A DNA stretch of 64,000 nt, from positions 8,765 to 72,764 of IMG/VR virus record IMGVR_UViG_3300025646_000028; one strand, given 5' to 3'. This DNA comes from a virus. The notes below the pieces were generated by a model. That model was not told where the DNA came from. It did not search any database and saw nothing but the letters and a program-made list of their open reading frames with translations. Shown here one piece after another: positions 40,028-49,931 of this stretch; within the stretch, counting starts at the first letter, position 1; the number at the start of each line of letters is the position of its first letter. Both the position numbers and the translations under genes were made by a program.

Positions 40028-40431
40028 TCTTTGTTTTCTCCTTCGCCGTTAAAGGCTTTTATTTTAATTTGCATTAATTCTTGTGTTCGCAAATTATTTC
40101 TTAATAACATCTGATGTAATGATACCATATCTTCTGAACTTTTAATATATTCATCAAAAAGTTTAGCAAGATCATTAAACTTAGAACTAAGTAATTCATA
40201 TTGTTTAATTTTTGTATCTAATGCCATTTGAACATCTTTTAACTTTACTTCATGTTCTTTTTGAATTCTAATAATTTCTTTATCTTTATCAAAGATAGTC
40301 TGTGTTTTTTCGTCACGTTCTTTAATAATTTGTTTTAGATTACTTTCACAAGTAGCGCAATTACTACATACATTATCTGTAAGTAATACACCTTGATCTA
40401 ATGTTTCTACTGTTTGTTTTTTATTTGCCAT
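40024..40431 (-). CDS. Coiled-coil protein with CxxCxxC
   Basis: Heptad pattern; located between tail genes. Confidence 0.65.
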   Translation of the reverse strand: MANKKQTVETLDQGVLLTDNVCSNCATCESNLKQIIKERDEKTQTIFDKDKEIIRIQKEHEVKLKDVQMALDTKIKQYELLSSKFNDLAKLFDEYIKSSEDMVSLHQMLLRNNLRTQELMQIKIKAFNGEGENKE

Positions 40432-40448
40432 ATTGTTTTCCTTTTTTT

Positions 40449-40459
40449 ATTATAACATA
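40449..40459 (-). promoter_or_regulatory. Extended -10 promoter TATGtTATAAT
   Basis: Intergenic, upstream of the ATG at 40431. Confidence 0.45.
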
Positions 40460-40463
40460 AGTT

Positions 40464-41291
40464 TTAAATGTCAAACCACAAATCATTTGATTCATTATTA
40501 GTTGGTTCAGTTTCTGAAACAACAACTTTATTAGCCGTAATATTTTTAAAATGTTTACTAGTACTATCATAACGTAAGAAATCACCATCTTGTGCGTTAA
40601 CAATATTAAAGTCATGTGAGTTACCAATCGTAGGACGCACTAACATAACGCCGTTAGCAGCATTACCTGTACTAGCTTTTTCAATAACAGCCATTAATAT
40701 ACGAGAACCAACAGCAGGTTCAGTTGTTGTATAAGTACCAGGAGTTTGACCGACCCAAAGTAACTTACCTTCTTCAATATTTTCATCGTTTTCTTTTAAT
40801 TCAAGATCTTGAACAGTACCAAACCAACGTACATAGCCAAAGTCTCCTTGTGCCATAGTCGATTCAGCGACACCCATAATATATTCAGGAATAAATCCTT
40901 CACTATTAACGTCAGCTTTTTTAAATAAAATGTGATCACCTTGCGCACCACCGAACATAATAAAGTCACCTTTAGTAATGGCTTCATCAGCTTTACCGTA
41001 AAAGTTTGTCTTAAGTGTAGCACCGTCTTTAATTTCTTCGATTTGTGCAAGGATATCGTAAATAATGCCTTCGTCTACAAACTCTTGAAGATCAGAAGTA
41101 TTAGCTTCCCATATACCAAACAAAGCACGATGAAGTTTTTCTAAGTATTCTACGGTTAAATTAGTTTGTGTTTTTAAAGTATTAACAACATTGTTCCATT
41201 CTTGGATCGTCAAACTATTAGCAGCTTGTTTAAGTTGCTGCACAATACCGTTGCGTACTAGTAAAGGTTTCTTTTCTAAGAATACTGCCAT
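40464..41291 (-). CDS. Structural protein (fibre anchor/cement-like)
   Basis: ADEAITKGD..GVAE..GDFGYV..G.V pattern; DGDFLRYD; C-terminal SETEP..LWFD. Confidence 0.6.
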   Translation of the reverse strand: MAVFLEKKPLLVRNGIVQQLKQAANSLTIQEWNNVVNTLKTQTNLTVEYLEKLHRALFGIWEANTSDLQEFVDEGIIYDILAQIEEIKDGATLKTNFYGKADEAITKGDFIMFGGAQGDHILFKKADVNSEGFIPEYIMGVAESTMAQGDFGYVRWFGTVQDLELKENDENIEEGKLLWVGQTPGTYTTTEPAVGSRILMAVIEKASTGNAANGVMLVRPTIGNSHDFNIVNAQDGDFLRYDSTSKHFKNITANKVVVSETEPTNNESNDLWFDI

Positions 41292-41764
41292 TATTTATTC
41301 ACAACTCCTAACACGTAACCTTTAGAAATAAGATACAATTCTTTGTACTTAAGGTGGAACGCTTCAAAGATACTGGCGATAGACATACTTCCAAACAATA
41401 CTAATACTGTTTCAAAGTACGCAGCAAATTTAACTTCGATTGATTGTTCAATTACATACTTTAGGCTAAGCCCTAATGTAATTAACACAATAAACAAAAT
41501 TAATTTAGGGACTGCTTTCATAAGTCCTTTATAAAAACTAGGTTCCCATGTACTGACCCATCGAGGTAAGTCCGAAGATAACTTAAGTACACCTAAGATA
41601 CCTACAATTAATACTGGCATTACAATTTTGCTAGACATAGAGTCTTGCGTAAAGCCTAACTTAATTGCAAAGTAAGTAAAAGGAAAAGCATACCCGATCG
41701 CAAATGCAATCCAGTAATACATGTTCTTTAACTTTCGGTAATCTTGATTAACTTTTCGTTTCAT
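41291..41764 (-). CDS. Four-TM membrane protein
   Basis: Four hydrophobic segments. Confidence 0.7.
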   Translation of the reverse strand: MKRKVNQDYRKLKNMYYWIAFAIGYAFPFTYFAIKLGFTQDSMSSKIVMPVLIVGILGVLKLSSDLPRWVSTWEPSFYKGLMKAVPKLILFIVLITLGLSLKYVIEQSIEVKFAAYFETVLVLFGSMSIASIFEAFHLKYKELYLISKGYVLGVVNK

Positions 41765-41766
41765 TT

Positions 41767-42243
41767 TTATTTCTCGATATATTTCGTTAATAAACTACTA
41801 GCAGCTTCAACAACTGTTTGAACAGTTTCTGCAACTACATCTTTAGTTTCTGCAGGTGCTAACTTTTCTAACGGTAACGGTTCAGCCGGCTTTGGTGCAA
41901 ACGTTGTAAGTTTAGCAAACTCTGTTTGCAAAGCGATCTTATCTTCTGAAGGGAGCTTAGAAGCCACCACAATAAAAGACAAAGCTTTGAATGTCGCAAG
42001 ATTAACTTGTTCTAAATACTGATGCTTTTCTTCTAAAGCAATGTAGCGTTGTTCAAGTTGGTTATACTTTTCAGTTAACTGATTGAACGTTTTAATAGCT
42101 TGGCTTAGTTCAGCGTTCTTGGCGTTGTTTAAAATAATGGACTTAACTTGGACTACGATAAACGTAACCAGTGTACCAACTGTTAAACCTCCAGCGACTG
42201 AGACTCCCCAGTATTCTTCTAAGAATTGAATAATTTGTTCCAT
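41767..42243 (-). CDS. Membrane-anchored coiled-coil protein
   Basis: N-terminal TM helix then heptads; AAGGAGG RBS. Confidence 0.7.
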   Translation of the reverse strand: MEQIIQFLEEYWGVSVAGGLTVGTLVTFIVVQVKSIILNNAKNAELSQAIKTFNQLTEKYNQLEQRYIALEEKHQYLEQVNLATFKALSFIVVASKLPSEDKIALQTEFAKLTTFAPKPAEPLPLEKLAPAETKDVVAETVQTVVEAASSLLTKYIEK

Positions 42244-42260
42244 GTATTATTCCTCCTTTC

Positions 42261-43166
42261 TTATTTGTTATTTGCGCCAGTCACTTGTTGTGTGACTTGT
42301 TGCCATTGTGTAGATGTCCACTTCGATGGGTCATTACCATATAATGTAGACATTTGACGAATCGTTTGTTGATATACATCACCAGCGTCTGATGCAGCCA
42401 TTGCTGATGCGACTTGACCACGTTGTGCTGACTGTGCTAAGAAGTCTTGATAAGCTTGATCCTGTGCAGTGTTAATACCTGCTTGAGCTTCTAACCTCGC
42501 TTGGTTTAACATCTGTGCATTTTGATTCAAAGTATTAACATTTGTTAATAACATTTGCATATCTTGATTAGCAATCTGAGATTCGCTCATGCCCGCTCGT
42601 AATCGCGCCATACGTTCTGATCTAACTTGATCTGTAATTTGTTTTACAGTTTGCGCTTGTTGCAGCGCGGCTTGTTGAAACCCGACATCTGCTAGCATAG
42701 CTTGTTGTTGGGCTTGGTTTTGATAAGACTGTTCTAGTCTTTGTAACATTTCAGCACCACCAGTTCCCGGTTCTAATGAATAAAGATCTCGATAGTATTC
42801 ATTGAATGCACTAGCTTGATCACCACCTGGAACCTGTAAACCTTCATTTTGAGAAATCGTACCATCAGAATTTATACTAAATCCAAACTTATCTTTGTTG
42901 TTGTTAATAATTAAAGCTTGTGCATTACGCAAAGTTGCTGTATCTAAGCCTGTATTAAGTGCTGCTAATTCGGTCTCAGTTAAAGGACGTCCTTCTTGTA
43001 AAATTTTGTCAATTAATCTAGACGCTTCGGCAGTTTCTAAATTCCAATTAGCATTAGTACCTCGTACATCTACATTCCAGCGTTGTCCATTTTTTACAAT
43101 ACTTAAATCACGTAATCCTAAAAAGCCTTGACCACCAAATTGTTGTAAGTTTAATTTAAATCTCAT
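42261..43166 (-). CDS. Probable DNA ejection/pilot protein with a Prp-type N-terminal motif
   Basis: Q/A-rich helical protein with RLRAGMS; N-terminus MRFKLNLQQFGG; downstream of the nozzle gene. Confidence 0.6.
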   Translation of the reverse strand: MRFKLNLQQFGGQGFLGLRDLSIVKNGQRWNVDVRGTNANWNLETAEASRLIDKILQEGRPLTETELAALNTGLDTATLRNAQALIINNNKDKFGFSINSDGTISQNEGLQVPGGDQASAFNEYYRDLYSLEPGTGGAEMLQRLEQSYQNQAQQQAMLADVGFQQAALQQAQTVKQITDQVRSERMARLRAGMSESQIANQDMQMLLTNVNTLNQNAQMLNQARLEAQAGINTAQDQAYQDFLAQSAQRGQVASAMAASDAGDVYQQTIRQMSTLYGNDPSKWTSTQWQQVTQQVTGANNK

Positions 43167-43570
43167 ACGACTTCTCCTTTGTTTTCAAGTTCTAATAACT
43201 TAAGTTCATACTCATTAATAAGATCACGTATACGTTTTTCAAGTGAAAAAATGTATTCTTCAATATCTGGACGAATTGGTTTTGTACCAGTTATCTGATA
43301 TTTATTATACGCTAAATTAGATTGATAAACATGAATAGGTGTATTATTGTCATCAAATAATTCCACTTTAATATTTACAGTAGGTGTATTAATGTCAGGC
43401 ATTTCAATAAAAGTACTTTGTTCCTTAAACTGTTTACCATTAATAGTAAGTGTAGGATGTAAGTGCGAAGTGTTAGTTTCAAATTCATACTCTAAATAAG
43501 TATGATTAATTAATTCAGACACTTTCATCTGAACTATTTCAACTTTACCGTTAGTTAATTTTAACTTCAT
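43163..43570 (-). CDS. Hypothetical protein
   Basis: ATGA-coupled on both sides; GGAG RBS. Confidence 0.7.
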   Translation of the reverse strand: MKLKLTNGKVEIVQMKVSELINHTYLEYEFETNTSHLHPTLTINGKQFKEQSTFIEMPDINTPTVNIKVELFDDNNTPIHVYQSNLAYNKYQITGTKPIRPDIEEYIFSLEKRIRDLINEYELKLLELENKGEVV

Positions 43571-46500
43571 ACTCTACGCTCCTTATATATAATACCAAAA
43601 TGTTGCAGTTTATATAAACCTTTTGAAATAAATTGTAATTTAAATCTAAATACTTTACCTAAACCTAAAATCGAAGTACGGTGTGTAAGTAACTTACTAG
43701 AATTAAATGAACTAAAATCCATTAATATATTATTATTTTCAAATAAATTATTTGTTAATGAGTACTTAAGTACATCTGTTGCAGTTTCTGATATTTGATT
43801 TACATCGACTAACTCGATTAAAGAATTGTCTAATTTAGGAACACTAACAAAATAACTTACTCCATTAATGTCTTGTACTTCAAGTTGTTCATTATAAAAT
43901 GGTTTAGCAATAATATCATCGATATGTGTTTCAAGATTAAATAATAAATTACTCGAGTTAAGATTCTTAAACACGACATGTAGATCACGGAATCGTTTGT
44001 TTAAATGGTTATTAAGATTCAAGTTACCTGTATCAATTAAACAATTAATACCTTCTTTTTTAAAGTTGTTTGTAAAAGTAATGTCGACATGGTTATCACG
44101 AACATTAGGTTCAACGTAATGCATAGTAAAATAAATTTTATTATTTTGTTCAGTAATGTACAAGTCTCCACTTTCAACAAAAAATTTATCATAAATGTTT
44201 GTAAATGTCAGCGTATCATAAACCGTATAACGATTATTAATAACGTCATAAATAACTATATAAGTCATGACACCTGGTACATAGTAAAACATTTTAATAA
44301 AGTTAATTGACACTAAGGCCTTAATCTTAACTTGATCTTTAGTGACACGAGTATCTTTAGCATACATAGCTAAACGTTCATTCATATATACGTCATAGTT
44401 TTGTAACACATCATTAACAGCTTTATTAAAAAATTGAATAGTAAAACGTGTTTGATCATCAATATTTGTACTTGGGCGGATCATGTATAATTGTCCATCT
44501 GCTGAGTAAAATAAAACCATCTGATTAAATACTTGAATAACATCGGCGTATTCTTTGCTAACTAAAAGATTATAAAGAACAATTTGTTTTAACCAAGCTA
44601 CACCAGTCACGTTTTGTTCTAGTTGATTTGTGGCCGGATTAATTGTAGTAACAGTTGTCTCAACTCGGTAAACTGCGTAAAGATGTTGAGTAGTAAATAC
44701 AAGTATAATTGTTTTATACTGTAGTACTTTAACAATATCTTCACCAAACTCAATTTTGTTTTTAGCTTTAAACCAATAGTAACGTCCTTCTTCAGAAATG
44801 TACAAAACATTTTTGTTCCACACTAAAAGTCTACTGTCTTCAAAAACTAATTGGTTTAAAGAACTTAATATTTGTTCAGGTTCTTTTGTAATTGTTTTTT
44901 CAATATAAGTTACGTCATCATCATTATACCCATATTGAATGTTAAAAGATTGTACTAATGCTGTGTTGTTCCAAGCAAGCTTAATTGTTTCATCATTTGA
45001 AAAATAACTATTTGTAAGTTCACTTGTTTGATACGGCCTCATATAAAATATACCAGATAATCCTTTATCAAAAAAACCATTTTCAACTAAGTCTGGCTTA
45101 ACGCTTCCAACAAAAGTCATACGTCCTTCTATACCTGTTGGGTTATCCCAGCGATATATTTTATTATCACGGGTGTCTTTATATAAAGCACCTTGTGACT
45201 TTATAGTTGGATATGCTCCACCATAAATTGGGGTCCACGAACTTCCGCTAGGTGAAACTGTTTGTCTATAATATCCACCATTGCTTGATTGCACAACGGT
45301 ATTATAAGTTGCTGTAAAAGAAGGTGCAACACCGTTAGCAGTCACAACATACCAAGGAGGTTGATCACTATAATCATTAAAATTACTTCCGCTTGTAAAA
45401 CTAATTGGACTAGTTGTTGTATAATTTTTAAGTTCAGTTAAATCTGTTTGAATATCATACTTAAGCGTGTCCCAATTAAATTTAACAAATGGAAAATCAT
45501 TTCTATAAAATAAATTGTAAGCATTATGATACATTGTGTACACATTAGGTGCTCCACTATTTAATCCATCTTCATTCCAATAATTTAAAGCAGCAAATGC
45601 CCAACGATACGTTATTTTTTGTGTACTAGCTGTAGTTACTTCTGTTAAAGGACCTTCATCATTGTTTACATTTTCCCATATGTATTTTTTATTTGTACGA
45701 GAGTCTATATAATAAACTCCTTGTATTCTATCTCCTACAGAACCATAAGCACTTCCTTGTGCATACCACTGTGGAGTACCAAGCCCAACAATAGTAAGTT
45801 TATAAACTTGACCTGTACTTCTTACTTGTACTATTTGACCAAAAGAATATCCCGATGTACTTACTGGTGTTGAATTAACATAATAAGGTTGTTGATCGCC
45901 AAACTCAATAGGACTTGCAAAAGTTACACTGGCAGTAGTTTCTACATGAGTATTATTAGAACCGAATGGAAGTAATTTAAATACAATATCATTATTGTTA
46001 TTAAACATTCCATCACTATTAATACGATCAATTAATTCTGTACCTGTTAAAAAAAGATTGTATTCATCATTAATAGAACCTTTTTCTATAACAAACGATT
46101 CCGTTAAAGACTTTGCAGTGCTCTGCATACTTTCATCAAAAATAGAATATTGATCACCGCCAGGAATTGTATTTAAATTGTAAACATAAAAAAAGGCTGA
46201 ACTTGAAAGCGTGTCAATAACATCTATTAAACTTTTTTTATCTTTAATTTTTTCAAGTTCAGCTAACCAAGTATCTTGTATATTTTTAATTGTACTAAAA
46301 AATAAAAAATAAGGAGCAGTAGCATAGTTAACAAAGTTACCTAATGAATCTTTACCAAAAAAAGTTTCAGTAAAATCTTGAGTTGAGCTATTAAAACTTT
46401 TAGAACTTACGGATGGGTATAAAGTTTTAGGAAAAATAAATATAACATGCCTTGCACCTTTATAATGATTTTCAGATCGATCAGCACTATCTAAACTTAT

Positions 46501-47568
46501 TGAATTATCAAAGTTTGCTTTAGGAAAAATTTCTACAGGTGCATTACCATTTCCATAAGTAAACCAAGGTGTAGTAAAACTAGCGTCTTTGGTTTGATCT
46601 CCTACTGTTGTTGATGTATTAAATAACTCCAAACGATAAGCCCATTTGTCACTAGTGTTTACATCATTATTTAAATCATAGTATGCAGGGTTTAATGAAA
46701 AGTAAGGTTTAATATTATAATTAATATTACGGTACATAAAGTTATTAATGTAATTATTACTACTATCATAAATATAAACAAAGTTTCCTAAGTTACTATT
46801 ATGTCCAGTTGGTTTTGATGCATAAAGTATTTGCATTGGGTCTGGAATAATAGATTTACTGACAGACAAATTACGTTCACTAGAAACTAATGTCGGATGT
46901 TTAAAGTTATCAACACATTCAAATATTAATACATTTCCATTAGCATATTCAACGCCGTTAATAGTTACAGCATCGCTGCGATAGTACATTTGAATAGTTA
47001 ATGTAATTGTTGGATTATCAGGAATCGCTAGGTAAGCTTTAACTAATGTTTTTCGTATACCATTTTCATCATAAATAAATTCAACTTTAGTTTCAGGAAT
47101 AATAGTCAAATAACTTTGTATATAAGTTAAAGTATTATCATAACCTGCACCTACATAATAAGTGTGCACAGCTGGTACAGTTTCATCTAAGTAAGTAAAA
47201 AAACTACTCCAATCAAATTCAGCTATAGTAGCCTCAATAGGTAAGTATTGATTCGTTAAATTATATGCAGATAAATCAGCACGGTAACCTTTTTTCTGCG
47301 TAAAATCATAGATAATATACGCAGAATCGTCTGCACTTTTAAAAATAATTGTTTTATTACTTAATGAAGTATCACCTGGATTTGTAAAAGCTGTCGTAAT
47401 AAAACCATCACGTGGTTGTACAGATTGACCAGTATCAGATATATCAAAGTTTACGATATGTTTAAAGAATCCTTCTTGCAAAGGATCCGTTGTTGCAATC
47501 ATTCCTAGATAACGTGTGTTATCGTAAAATGATTTTTCAGGATAACCCTGTACTGCTTTACGCGCCAT
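43567..47568 (-). CDS. Probable tail nozzle / tubular protein B-like, with a large insertion
   Basis: N-terminal YLGM..NFDI..G.SVQPRDG; beta-propeller-like C-terminal half (LYISEEG..YWF, ILVFT); DTGNLNL..KRFR; follows the adaptor gene. Confidence 0.65.
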   Translation of the reverse strand: MARKAVQGYPEKSFYDNTRYLGMIATTDPLQEGFFKHIVNFDISDTGQSVQPRDGFITTAFTNPGDTSLSNKTIIFKSADDSAYIIYDFTQKKGYRADLSAYNLTNQYLPIEATIAEFDWSSFFTYLDETVPAVHTYYVGAGYDNTLTYIQSYLTIIPETKVEFIYDENGIRKTLVKAYLAIPDNPTITLTIQMYYRSDAVTINGVEYANGNVLIFECVDNFKHPTLVSSERNLSVSKSIIPDPMQILYASKPTGHNSNLGNFVYIYDSSNNYINNFMYRNINYNIKPYFSLNPAYYDLNNDVNTSDKWAYRLELFNTSTTVGDQTKDASFTTPWFTYGNGNAPVEIFPKANFDNSISLDSADRSENHYKGARHVIFIFPKTLYPSVSSKSFNSSTQDFTETFFGKDSLGNFVNYATAPYFLFFSTIKNIQDTWLAELEKIKDKKSLIDVIDTLSSSAFFYVYNLNTIPGGDQYSIFDESMQSTAKSLTESFVIEKGSINDEYNLFLTGTELIDRINSDGMFNNNNDIVFKLLPFGSNNTHVETTASVTFASPIEFGDQQPYYVNSTPVSTSGYSFGQIVQVRSTGQVYKLTIVGLGTPQWYAQGSAYGSVGDRIQGVYYIDSRTNKKYIWENVNNDEGPLTEVTTASTQKITYRWAFAALNYWNEDGLNSGAPNVYTMYHNAYNLFYRNDFPFVKFNWDTLKYDIQTDLTELKNYTTTSPISFTSGSNFNDYSDQPPWYVVTANGVAPSFTATYNTVVQSSNGGYYRQTVSPSGSSWTPIYGGAYPTIKSQGALYKDTRDNKIYRWDNPTGIEGRMTFVGSVKPDLVENGFFDKGLSGIFYMRPYQTSELTNSYFSNDETIKLAWNNTALVQSFNIQYGYNDDDVTYIEKTITKEPEQILSSLNQLVFEDSRLLVWNKNVLYISEEGRYYWFKAKNKIEFGEDIVKVLQYKTIILVFTTQHLYAVYRVETTVTTINPATNQLEQNVTGVAWLKQIVLYNLLVSKEYADVIQVFNQMVLFYSADGQLYMIRPSTNIDDQTRFTIQFFNKAVNDVLQNYDVYMNERLAMYAKDTRVTKDQVKIKALVSINFIKMFYYVPGVMTYIVIYDVINNRYTVYDTLTFTNIYDKFFVESGDLYITEQNNKIYFTMHYVEPNVRDNHVDITFTNNFKKEGINCLIDTGNLNLNNHLNKRFRDLHVVFKNLNSSNLLFNLETHIDDIIAKPFYNEQLEVQDINGVSYFVSVPKLDNSLIELVDVNQISETATDVLKYSLTNNLFENNNILMDFSSFNSSKLLTHRTSILGLGKVFRFKLQFISKGLYKLQHFGIIYKERRV

Positions 47569-48817
47569 TATAACCCCAAATAATTTCTACACTATAATCG
47601 TTGCTTGGATTACTAGGAGCGTACCAATCAGCAGCCCATCCTGCAGGTTTGTTCGCTTCTAAACGACGGCATTTAATAACAAGATGTTTACCTGCTACTT
47701 CAGGGAACGCTAACGATGAAATTGTTGTAACACTTGTAGGAATAATAATTTCTTTTAAATTAGGTGTAGACGAAAATGCGCTTGCTCCAATAGATTCAAG
47801 ACCTTCATTAAGTTCAATACGATCACCTTTAAATCCTGCAAACCCGCCAAGACTAACTGTATTAACAGAGCTAGGTAAGTAGATACCGCCTAGTACATCT
47901 AACGTAGGAGCATTAGCAGATACAAAGCTAGTAGGTATTGTAATAACTTGAATACCTCCGACATATTCTGGAATAACTAAGTTAACAAGGTTAGCGCGAT
48001 GTGTCGAACTAATAGTTACAATACCGCTCGAAGTAATATTAAGTACAGAGCTTGGTGTCCAGTAAGCATAAAGATTTAAATCAGCACGCATTTTAATAAC
48101 AGTAGGAACTCCAGGTACTTCTACGTAACTAGATCCTACAACTAAACCATTGATACGATCACGTCCCCATCCAGCGAATGTAAATACTGTAGCTCCATCA
48201 ATACTGTAAAAAGTATTGTTAGGTGATGCTGGAAATAAAACAGTAGCTTCTTCGTCATAGACATAAGACTTAGGGTCTACAGGAAATGTAGAAGTCAAAG
48301 CTAGTTCGTTGTTATTAGGAAAATATTTAATTTGAAATTTAAATGTAGGAATGTTTAAGTTGCGATCATTGTGTTGTGTAATACCAAGTGCTGTATCTTC
48401 TCCAAAGAAAACACCTTCACCAGGGTTTTGTCTGAATTCAAACGGTACGCTATTAAATTCGCGTTGGAACATGTCAAACAAACCTTCTTGCATTTCGTTA
48501 GTATACTTAGTAAACACTGTTGTAAACTCTTCATCACGAGCAAGAATTTCTGTAGCTATGTAAGGAATAATAACACTGTGAAAATATTCTTCTTTAATAA
48601 TTTCGTATTCAGTTGTTACTTCATCTACTGTGTTAGTAATACTATATGTGTCTTCAGGCGCTTTTAAATAATCCGAAAGCTTAGGATATTTTGTACCCAT
48701 AAAACCGTTGATTTTATTGATAGCTTTATCTGCATCATACTTAACATCAAACCACGTTAAGTTGTAACGTAAGGTTAGTTGGTTCAGTCTATCAATCAGT
48801 TCTTGTTGTGTTAACAT
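47558..48817 (-). CDS. Probable head-tail adaptor fused to an InlB B-repeat-like and BspA-type LRR region
   Basis: N-terminal helical adaptor-like region (AINKIN..IIPYIA.EIL); FTFAGW..LNLYAYW; LPSSVNTV..GF, LNEGLESIGASAF..LKEIIIPTSVTTI..AF. Confidence 0.65.
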   Translation of the reverse strand: MLTQQELIDRLNQLTLRYNLTWFDVKYDADKAINKINGFMGTKYPKLSDYLKAPEDTYSITNTVDEVTTEYEIIKEEYFHSVIIPYIATEILARDEEFTTVFTKYTNEMQEGLFDMFQREFNSVPFEFRQNPGEGVFFGEDTALGITQHNDRNLNIPTFKFQIKYFPNNNELALTSTFPVDPKSYVYDEEATVLFPASPNNTFYSIDGATVFTFAGWGRDRINGLVVGSSYVEVPGVPTVIKMRADLNLYAYWTPSSVLNITSSGIVTISSTHRANLVNLVIPEYVGGIQVITIPTSFVSANAPTLDVLGGIYLPSSVNTVSLGGFAGFKGDRIELNEGLESIGASAFSSTPNLKEIIIPTSVTTISSLAFPEVAGKHLVIKCRRLEANKPAGWAADWYAPSNPSNDYSVEIIWGYNGA

Positions 48818-48844
48818 TGCAAAAATTCCTCATTATCTATTTTG

Positions 48845-48855
48845 ATTATATCACA
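48845..48855 (-). promoter_or_regulatory. Extended -10 promoter TGTGaTATAAT
   Basis: Between the terminator and the GAGG RBS of the adaptor gene. Confidence 0.55.
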
Positions 48856-48882
48856 AAACAAAATAAACAATAGTGTGTAAAT

Positions 48883-48910
48883 AAAAAACACACCCGAAGG
48901 TGTGTCTTTT
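48883..48910 (-). terminator. Intrinsic terminator with UUCG loop
   Basis: ACACACC-TTCG-GGTGTGT followed by T-tract, after the scaffold gene. Confidence 0.85.
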
Positions 48911-48914
48911 ACTT

Positions 48915-49766
48915 TTATTTCTTAGCAGCTTGTGCTAGTAAATCTTGTAAGGACGGCCCAGTAGTATTTGTAGTTTTAGGCTGAGAAGGTTTAGCAGGAT
49001 TTGCGGCAGGCACTTTAGCTTGTCGTGTGCTTTCTTCTTGAAATTTAACTTTTGCTTGTTCAACTGCGTTATCAATTTCACGTTTAAGTAATTGATCACG
49101 GTAGACTAAGATATAAAGATCTTGAAGATCGCCACCTTGTGCTAACCATTGATATGGATTTTTCTTTTGTGACATTGCGTCTTTAAAGAAGTTATTGATT
49201 TCTCCACCTTTAAGATTCATGTTTAGTTGCAAGTTAGTTAATGCACGATCCATAGAAACTTGTAAGCGTTGTTTGTTAAGTTCAATTTTTTCTTTTTCAA
49301 TGCGATCAATTTCAGCTTGGACTTCAGGAGTAATCCCACGTGATTCAGCTTTAACTTTTGTATCAGCTTCATCCATTGCTTTAGTCAACGCATCATAGTC
49401 GACTTTGCCATCAACATTAAAGTCTTTAATCTTAAAGCCGTAGTCACCGTTAGTAAAACGAGTAATAGCTCCTTCGATTTTTTCCCGCATTTGTTTTTCC
49501 GTGGTGTACTTTTCACGGACTTCTTTCATCGGGTTAGGTTTCTTTTCACTTTCTTCTGCAGGTTTTGCAGGTTTTGTTTCAACAGTTTTTCCAGTACTTC
49601 CTTCACTTTCAACAGGCGCTTCTTCAGCTTCTTCAGGTTCAGTTCCTTCTACAGGAGCCGCAACCACTTCTTCTTCAGGAGCTTCTGGAGCTTCTTGAGG
49701 TTCTGGTGCAGGACCACCAGCTGCTTGAGTTAAGGCTTCTTCTAAACTAATTTTTTTGTCTGCCAT
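48915..49766 (-). CDS. Probable capsid scaffolding protein
   Basis: E/P/A-rich disordered N-terminus, coiled coil, P-rich linker and short C-terminal helix. Confidence 0.65.
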   Translation of the reverse strand: MADKKISLEEALTQAAGGPAPEPQEAPEAPEEEVVAAPVEGTEPEEAEEAPVESEGSTGKTVETKPAKPAEESEKKPNPMKEVREKYTTEKQMREKIEGAITRFTNGDYGFKIKDFNVDGKVDYDALTKAMDEADTKVKAESRGITPEVQAEIDRIEKEKIELNKQRLQVSMDRALTNLQLNMNLKGGEINNFFKDAMSQKKNPYQWLAQGGDLQDLYILVYRDQLLKREIDNAVEQAKVKFQEESTRQAKVPAANPAKPSQPKTTNTTGPSLQDLLAQAAKK

Positions 49767-49768
49767 AA

Positions 49769-49930
49769 TTATTTATCTCCTTTTTCTTCTTTATCAGCAG
49801 CAGCGTTGGTTTCGTTAACGACAGCAACAATGTTTTCAATAAACTTGCTGACTTGTTCGTAAGGTAACTTAGACAACCCTGATAAGATAACATTAAGTTC
49901 GGCTAACGTAAATTCGAATTGGTACTTCAT
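49769..49930 (-). CDS. Small phage protein (chaperone-like)
   Basis: AAGGAG RBS before ATG at 49930; FTLAELNVIL..LSKLPYEQV motif common in phages. Confidence 0.6.
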   Translation of the reverse strand: MKYQFEFTLAELNVILSGLSKLPYEQVSKFIENIVAVVNETNAAADKEEKGDK

Positions 49931-49931
49931 A

